Below are positions 58,157 to 64,000 of a DNA stretch of 64,000 nucleotides, one piece after another (positions within the stretch are counted from its first letter, which is position 1; each line of letters begins with the position of its first letter). The translations under genes and the position numbers were made by a program. Origin of the DNA: a virus (taxonomy: Duplodnaviria > Heunggongvirae > Uroviricota > Caudoviricetes); IMG/VR virus record IMGVR_UViG_2877948078_000003; one strand, 5' to 3'. The notes under the pieces are model-generated. The model saw only the letters and a program-made list of their open reading frames with translations, did no database searches and was not told the origin of the DNA.

Positions 58157-58175
58157 TTCTTTATTTTACAAAACA

Positions 58176-58202
58176 ATACCGCCGGAAGGCGGTTTTTTTT
58201 TG
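58176..58202 (+). terminator. Rho-independent terminator after the repressor gene
   Basis: Hairpin CGCCGGAAGGCGG followed by T9. Confidence 0.6.
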
Positions 58203-58204
58203 CC

Positions 58205-58250
58205 TCTTGCGCATTCACAATGTTGACATATGTTCATTTGAAGAGAACAA
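58205..58250 (+). promoter_or_regulatory. Putative pL-like promoter with operator palindrome
   Basis: TTGACA at 58221-58226 overlapping palindrome TGTTCATTTGAAGAGAACA (58229-58247). Confidence 0.45.
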
Positions 58251-58325
58251 TATATCCCATCAAAGCACAACGGTGCGACAGGTCTTAGTTCCGCCCCCCC
58301 GGCGTTAAGGGCAAATGAGGTCAAC

Positions 58326-58478
58326 ATGGATACGCTCAATCTTGGCAACAACGAATCTCTGGTATGCGGCGTGTTTCCCAACCAGGACGGCACGTTTACC
58401 GCGATGACGTATACCAGAAGCAAAACGTTTAAAACTGAAGCTGGCGCGCGTCGCTGGTTAGCAAGAAACTCTGACTAA
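58326..58478 (+). CDS. Small early-left protein (50 aa; ydfA/ydaF-like position)
   Basis: Hand-translated ORF MDTLNLGNNESLVCGVFPNQDGTFTAMTYTRSKTFKTEAGARRWLARNSD with RBS GAGG 6 nt upstream. Confidence 0.5.
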   Translation: MDTLNLGNNESLVCGVFPNQDGTFTAMTYTRSKTFKTEAGARRWLARNSD

Positions 58479-58591
58479 TGAAGTCTGGTAGTTAAGGAAT
58501 CCTCCACGGGGAGAACTGGTGCACACGCGCCGGACACAAGCAAGCATCCGGCATGCTCTTTAACAATCTGGATATCCATAACAGTAACAAT

Positions 58592-59149
58592 CTACAGATT
58601 GCCGTTCAGTTTTCTGGCCAACTCCTCAATAGATGGAGGCGATACATAATCCGGATTTTTATTCATAAGAAACTGATTTTCACAGTAGAGGCACCTGCTT
58701 TTATGAAAAAACTCATGTTCTCTAACCGGGAATGGTTGAAGTATCGATACTATCTTTTGTCCAAAACATTTTGGACAAAGATGCATGATTATGCTGCCGC
58801 CGTTCACGGTTACCTCCTTCGAGTACACAAAAGTTCCCGACTCAAGTTGGTTAAGGATATAACCTTCCGTCTGAGCCTCAAAGTTTTCAAATTCTGCAAT
58901 TTTAGCTTTGAGAGAAGCATTTATTTCTTGATAAGTGCTCACCAGCTCAACGAGAGACACGCATTCGTGCTGAATAGATGCAAGCTTTGAGTTCAGTTCA
59001 CCAATAGCCGCATTTACTTCAGCTTGAGTTTTTGCCTCGTTCATTAGTTTTGCAATCTGAGCGGTTTCACGAATAGCCGTCATTGCTGCCGTTAATTCAG
59101 CGATCACATTCAATACTCTTATTGTTGTTGGGGATATCCAGATTAACAA
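58592..59149 (-). CDS. Coiled-coil protein with C-terminal CxxC-x24-CxxC zinc-ribbon, oriented against the pL operon
   Basis: 185-aa ORF (TTG start; alternative ATG at 59083 gives 163 aa); ~100 aa heptad-like helix then CPKCFGQK ... CLYCENQ. Confidence 0.5.
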   Translation of the reverse strand: MLIWISPTTIRVLNVIAELTAAMTAIRETAQIAKLMNEAKTQAEVNAAIGELNSKLASIQHECVSLVELVSTYQEINASLKAKIAEFENFEAQTEGYILNQLESGTFVYSKEVTVNGGSIIMHLCPKCFGQKIVSILQPFPVREHEFFHKSRCLYCENQFLMNKNPDYVSPPSIEELARKLNGNL

Positions 59150-59635
59150 GATCCTTGTTGTTGGGGAATAACAGGTCCACCTCGCCTGACGTGGTTAAAA
59201 GCAGGCACACAACACGAAAGCGCTCGGCGAAGTTAGTCTCTCTGTATATGTCGTCGTTAAATGTAATTCGATCGTGCGCTTCCGGTTGTGGCAATCCGCG
59301 AAATGGCGCGGCGGTAAGTATGGCTGGGGCTTCCTCCATTGCTCCAGAAAATGCACCGGGTTGTCAGGTTGACCATACGCCTGAGTGACAACACCGCCAC
59401 AACAACCTCTGTTATCACTTTTCTGGTGATTCGGCGGAAATGGATATCCGCCATTTTTAAAGTGTATTTTGTGATGCGGTGAATGCGGCTAAGCGCACGC
59501 GGAACAGTTAAAACAAGCGGTCTTTTACTGGCGTAACAGACATCAACTAACAATCCGGCGTTAATTGTTAACTGGTTAACGTCACCTGGAGGCACCAGGC
59601 ACCACATCACAAAATTCATTGTTGAGGACGCGATA

Positions 59636-59824
59636 ATGGAAACGTCACTACCAAACGTTAATACATCTGAAGGGTGTTTTAATATTGGTATTCTGCTCAG
59701 TAACCGGGAGTTTACTGAGGACGCCATCAGGATGAGAAAATATGAGCCTTATCTTCTCAATGATAATTCCATACTCTCCAGAATTGCCCTTCTTGAACTT
59801 GGCATTTTCGGAGGGCAGCAGTGA
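59636..59824 (+). CDS. Hypothetical small protein (62 aa)
   Basis: RBS GAGGA 7 nt upstream of ATG; stop overlaps the next start. Confidence 0.4.
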   Translation: METSLPNVNTSEGCFNIGILLSNREFTEDAIRMRKYEPYLLNDNSILSRIALLELGIFGGQQ

Positions 59825-60009
59825 GTTCAGCGTTTGCACTGATGATGACGGTTTTTCTGATAACAGGTGAGCCACAGAATGTGATTACCGGAATTTATGC
59901 CAGTAAAGAATCCTGCCATCAGGCAAGAGACGAGCAAAAAATTTCCGGTGAATGTCTCCCGTTAAACAAAGTATCGCTGTACCTGAATAACGAAACACCG
60001 GCTGGATAA
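59821..60009 (+). CDS. Small signal-peptide/membrane protein (62 aa)
   Basis: GTG start overlapping the upstream stop; hydrophobic N-terminus SAFALMMTVFLITG. Confidence 0.4.
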   Translation: MSSAFALMMTVFLITGEPQNVITGIYASKESCHQARDEQKISGECLPLNKVSLYLNNETPAG

Positions 60010-60104
60010 CCCGCCAGCCATATTAACGCCATACCAACGGATTAAAAATGCCAGCAATGGCAGGGATTCGTTCACCCTGAAATCTGTAATGAGGTTTAAA
60101 CACA

Positions 60105-62576
60105 ATGAGTAAAATATTTATTTGCGCCGCCATTCCTGACGAACAGGCAATAAAAAACGAGGGCGCTGTTGCTGTGGCCACAGCCATTGAAGCCGGTGAT
60201 GAACGTCGCGCCCGCGCAAAATTTCACTGGCAATTCCTTGAACATTATCCGGCTGCTCAGGACTGCGCTTATAAATTTCTTGTCTGTGAGGATAAACCCG
60301 GTACACCCCGCCCAGCCCTCGACTCCTGGGATGCTGAATATATGCTGGAAAACCGCTGGGATGAGGCGTCTGCTTCCTTTGTCCCGGTTGAGACTGAATC
60401 AGATCCGATGAACGTCACTTTTGACAAGCTGTCCCCTGAAGTACAGAACGCTGTCATGGTTAAGTTCGACACATGTGAAAACATCACCGTTGATATGGTG
60501 ATTAGCGCACAGGAATTGTTGCAGGAAGACATGGCAACCTTCGACGGACATATCGTTGAAGCGTTGATGAAAATGCCAGAAGTTAACGCCATGTATCCGG
60601 AGATTAAACTGCATGCCATCGGGTGGGTTAAGCATAAATGTAAGCCTGGTGCCAAATGGCCAGAAATTCAGGCAGAGATGCGCATCTGGAAAAAACGTCG
60701 CGAAGGTGAACGCAAGAAAACCGGAAAATATACGTCTGTTGTTGATCTCGCACGCACCAGAGTTAACCAGCACCTCACCGAAAACTCAGCAGCAAAAATC
60801 AACCCTGTCACTACAGCCATTCGTCGCGAATACAGGCAGACATGGAAAACACTGGATAAAGAACTGGCCTGCGCCCTCTGGCCCGGGGATGTGGATGCAG
60901 GAAACATTGACGGTACCATCCATCGCTGGGCTAAAAATGAGGTTATCGACAAGGATCGCGAAGACTGGAAGCGTATCTCAGCATCAATGCGCAAACAGCC
61001 TGATGCGCTTCGCTATGACCGTCAGACTATTTTCGGCCTTGTTCGTGAGCGCCCGATCGACATTCACAAAGATCCCGTTGCACTGAACAAATACATCAGC
61101 GAATACCTGACGACAAAGGGCGTGTTTGAACATGAAGAAACAGACCAGAGCTCTGCTGATGCTATCCTGTCGTCAGCAGCACAAACTGATCCAGTGGAGA
61201 CGGCGGAATCCAATTCTCAAAAAAATGAAATCCTGGTGGAAGCTGAACCATCTGTAGAGCGTGAAGGACCGTTTTATTTCGTCTTTACCGATAAGGACGG
61301 GGAAAAATACGGCAGGGCAAACAAACTTTCTGGCCTGGACAAGGCGCTGGCTGCCGGTGGTACCGAAATCTCAAAAGAAGAATATTTTGCCCGAAAAAAT
61401 GGCACATATACGGGCTTACAGCAAAATACAGATACCGCAGAAGATTCAGAACAACCAGAGCCGGTAAAAGTTACCGCAGACGAAGTAAACAAAATTATGC
61501 AGGCAGCCAATATCAGCCAGCCTGACACCGATAAATTGCTTGCTGCATCACGTGGTGAATTTGTTGAAGGGATGAGCGACCCGAATAATCCGAAATGGGT
61601 TAAGGGGATTGAAACCCGCGATTCTGAGAACCAGAACCAGCCCGAATCGGAACAAAACGACCAGAAAGCGGAACATAACAGCCCAAATGCGTTACAAAAC
61701 GAGCCAGAAACGAAACAGCCTGAACCAGAAGAGCAACAAGAACCGGAAAAAGTCTGCACCGCCTGCGGTCAGATCGGCGGCGGCAACAGTCCTGACTGTG
61801 GCGCGGTGATGGGCGACGCAACATACCAGGAAACATTCGATGAAAAAAATCGGGCTGAAGTTCAGGAAGATGATCCGGAGGAAATGGAAGGCCCTGAACA
61901 TCCGAACAATGAGAATGCTGGTAACGATCAGCATCACACCAGCGATAGTGAAACTGGAGAGGCGGCAGATCCCTTAATTGCGGTGAACGGTCATCACGTT
62001 ATCACATCCACCAGCAGAGTGTGGATTCACCTGTCGGTCGACCTTGAAACGATGGGAACAAATCCTGATGCGCCAATCAACTCTATTGGCGGTAAATTTT
62101 TTGATCCGGCAACCGGAGAGATGGGGCCTGAATTCAGTAAAGCTATCGATCTGGAAACCTCCGGCGGAATCATCGACCGTAAAACAATAAAGTGGTGGGC
62201 GAAACGATCACGCGAAGCACAATCCGCTATTTTTACCGATGAAATCTCGTTAGATGTTGCTCTCCGGCTATTCATAGAATTTATCGAAAAAAACTCCGGC
62301 GGGCGTTTTGTCCAGGTATGGGGAAATGGAGCCAACTTCGACAACGTAATTTTACGCCGTTCATATGAACGGCAGGGGATCCCCTGCCCGTGGCTTTACT
62401 ACAACGATCGCGATGTACGCACAATCGTTGAACTGGGTAATGCCATTGGCTTTGATGTCAGAATGGCTATTCCATTCGAAGGCGTACCCCACAATGCGCT
62501 GGACGATGCCCGTCACCAGGCAAAACAAGTTTCAGCAATCTGGCAAAAACTGATCCCGAGTCAGGCTGATTTTTAA
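60105..62576 (+). CDS. Large prophage exonuclease with C-terminal DnaQ-like (DEDDh) 3'-5' exonuclease domain
   Basis: 823 aa; C-terminal motifs SVDLETMG (Exo I), NGANFDNVIL (Exo II), HNALDDARHQA (Exo III); acidic low-complexity linker; pL-operon position of exo/recE. Confidence 0.75.
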   Translation: MSKIFICAAIPDEQAIKNEGAVAVATAIEAGDERRARAKFHWQFLEHYPAAQDCAYKFLVCEDKPGTPRPALDSWDAEYMLENRWDEASASFVPVETESDPMNVTFDKLSPEVQNAVMVKFDTCENITVDMVISAQELLQEDMATFDGHIVEALMKMPEVNAMYPEIKLHAIGWVKHKCKPGAKWPEIQAEMRIWKKRREGERKKTGKYTSVVDLARTRVNQHLTENSAAKINPVTTAIRREYRQTWKTLDKELACALWPGDVDAGNIDGTIHRWAKNEVIDKDREDWKRISASMRKQPDALRYDRQTIFGLVRERPIDIHKDPVALNKYISEYLTTKGVFEHEETDQSSADAILSSAAQTDPVETAESNSQKNEILVEAEPSVEREGPFYFVFTDKDGEKYGRANKLSGLDKALAAGGTEISKEEYFARKNGTYTGLQQNTDTAEDSEQPEPVKVTADEVNKIMQAANISQPDTDKLLAASRGEFVEGMSDPNNPKWVKGIETRDSENQNQPESEQNDQKAEHNSPNALQNEPETKQPEPEEQQEPEKVCTACGQIGGGNSPDCGAVMGDATYQETFDEKNRAEVQEDDPEEMEGPEHPNNENAGNDQHHTSDSETGEAADPLIAVNGHHVITSTSRVWIHLSVDLETMGTNPDAPINSIGGKFFDPATGEMGPEFSKAIDLETSGGIIDRKTIKWWAKRSREAQSAIFTDEISLDVALRLFIEFIEKNSGGRFVQVWGNGANFDNVILRRSYERQGIPCPWLYYNDRDVRTIVELGNAIGFDVRMAIPFEGVPHNALDDARHQAKQVSAIWQKLIPSQADF

Positions 62577-62640
62577 TGTTCAACCCCGGTCGTCGTCCGC
62601 AAGCTATAGTGGCGGCGGCCATGATTAGCGAACAACGCTC

Positions 62641-62889
62641 ATGGCAAGACTTATTCTGCTCACTGAGTGGGCAAAAGAGGAATTCAGTGAACCGGTCCCT
62701 ACTCCGGGCACGTTAAGTAAATACGCTAAAGCCGGAATGATATTTCCTCTCCCCAAAAAAGTTGGAAGACACTGGCGAGTGGATCCTCGAGCTCGCTTTG
62801 TCGGAATGGTAAACAAGCCGGAAGTGATCGCCACAGATCACCCTGCGTTGAAGAGGATACTGGAAGATGGCGCGCCCACGAAAATATAA
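62641..62889 (+). CDS. xis: Excisionase (Xis-like)
   Basis: 82 aa immediately upstream of int with overlapping ends; lambda Xis-like size and basic character. Confidence 0.6.
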   Translation: MARLILLTEWAKEEFSEPVPTPGTLSKYAKAGMIFPLPKKVGRHWRVDPRARFVGMVNKPEVIATDHPALKRILEDGAPTKI

Positions 62890-64000
62890 AACTGAAGTTC
62901 CGGGATTATCTCCGTATTTTGACAAAAGAAATAACAAAGTTTACTGGCGTTACAGGCATCCCATAACAGGAAAAAATCACGGGCTCGGCAGTATTGACCA
63001 GAAACAGGCAGAAGCTATTGCAGCAGAAGCGAACAGCCGTCTTGCCAGGCAACAAATGGAACAAATGCTCACTCTGCAGGAGAAAATTATTCGTGATACC
63101 GGTGGTTCATCAACCGTTTCTGTTTTTCTGAATAGTTACCGAAAAATTCAACAGGAAAGATATGAAAACGGAGAGATCAAACTCAACACACTGAAACAGA
63201 AAGCATCCCCTCTCAGGGTATTTGATGAACGTTTTGGTACCAGACCATTAGATGCCATAACCGTAAAAGATGTGGTATCGGTGCTGGAAGATTATAAGGC
63301 AAAAGGACATAACAGAATGGGACAAATTTTCAGGAAAGTACTGATTGATGTTTTCCGGGAGGCCCAGCAAATGGGCGATGTCTCGCCAGGCTTTAACCCT
63401 GCAGAATCGGCAAAAAAACCACAGGTACGGATATCACGGCAACGACTGACCTTTGATGAGTGGATGATGATTTATAATGCAGCGGAAAAGGATGGTTACT
63501 TTTTACAGCGTGGTATGCTGCTGGCGCTGATGACAGGCCAGCGCCTTTCAGATATTTGCAAAATGAAATTTTCGGATATCAGGGATGGTTATCTTCATGT
63601 CGAACAGCAAAAAACAGGAACCCGGATTGCCATCCCTCTGGCTCTGCGTTGTGATAAATTAAATCTCACCCTGGATGATGTGGTGTCATCCTGTCGCGAT
63701 TGCGTTCTTAGTCCGTGGTTATTGCACCACCATCATGCTAAAGGGACAGCTAAGCGCGGCGGGATGGTTAAGCCAGCAACGTTAACCGTTGCATTTAAAA
63801 AAGCCCGGGATTCTGTGGATTACAACTGGCGTGCTAATGGCACCCCACCCTCTTTCCATGAGCAGAGATCTTTATCAGAACGATTGTTCAGAGAACAGGG
63901 AATTGATACCAAAATTTTGCTGGGCCATTCGAATCAAAAAATGACCGATATTTACAACGACGCACGCGGTAAGGAATGGAAAAAACTGGTCATTAGATGA
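62867..64000 (+). CDS. int: Tyrosine integrase (lambda Int family)
   Basis: 377 aa; C-terminal catalytic region with R ... HxxR ... Y pattern (LLGHSNQKMTDIY); stop codon is the last triplet of the window. Confidence 0.85.
   Translation: MARPRKYKTEVPGLSPYFDKRNNKVYWRYRHPITGKNHGLGSIDQKQAEAIAAEANSRLARQQMEQMLTLQEKIIRDTGGSSTVSVFLNSYRKIQQERYENGEIKLNTLKQKASPLRVFDERFGTRPLDAITVKDVVSVLEDYKAKGHNRMGQIFRKVLIDVFREAQQMGDVSPGFNPAESAKKPQVRISRQRLTFDEWMMIYNAAEKDGYFLQRGMLLALMTGQRLSDICKMKFSDIRDGYLHVEQQKTGTRIAIPLALRCDKLNLTLDDVVSSCRDCVLSPWLLHHHHAKGTAKRGGMVKPATLTVAFKKARDSVDYNWRANGTPPSFHEQRSLSERLFREQGIDTKILLGHSNQKMTDIYNDARGKEWKKLVIR

Noticed and set aside
58553-58990. 145-aa plus-strand ORF overlapping the coiled-coil/zinc-ribbon gene
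   Set aside because: Phe/Leu/Lys-rich low-complexity translation typical of an AT-rich antisense frame; the minus-strand frame has coherent secondary-structure periodicity and a CxxC pair. Orientation still needs experimental confirmation.
59083-59727. Overlapping ORFs 59083-59388 (+) and 59257-59727 (-)
   Set aside because: No RBS and no recognisable composition, and they overlap each other; the interval more likely holds promoters for the flanking genes.

Overview
The window holds two nested prophages of an Escherichia/Shigella-type genome. (1) A lambdoid prophage whose rightward (late) operon runs on the minus strand: int/xis and a large exonuclease at 60.1-64.0 kb, a DicA/RacR-like immunity region near 57.7 kb, replication genes (O-like, DnaC-like), nin-like small genes with a Hok toxin, a DUF968-type protein, RusA, a Q-like protein, then a cargo stretch (AT-rich membrane protein, small HTH protein, N6-adenine methyltransferase, tRNA-Ile(CAU), tRNA-Arg(UCG), lipoprotein, AraC-family regulator, arrays of ~260-bp non-coding repeats), a nanS-p-type esterase gene and the lysis cassette (pinholin, SAR endolysin, Rz/Rz1) at 0.2-1.4 kb. 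(2) A ~38.9-kb Mu-like transposable prophage (2245-41124) inserted into that nanS-p gene with a 5-bp target duplication (ACTCC). It is collinear with Mu: c repressor, ner, A, B, an early region of small unknown genes including gam, gemA and mor, a lysis module, terminase, portal, head and contractile-tail genes, a Gin-invertible tail-fibre segment, then com/mom. It also carries its own intact nanS-p paralogue between gin and com. No CRISPR array, rRNA or stx genes are present. Family assignments rest on reading the translated ORFs and on gene order recalled from memory; no database search was run. The most unusual items are the nested insertion with a duplicated cargo gene, the tandem repeat array with conserved hairpins and variable cores, and several orphan cargo genes in classic moron positions.
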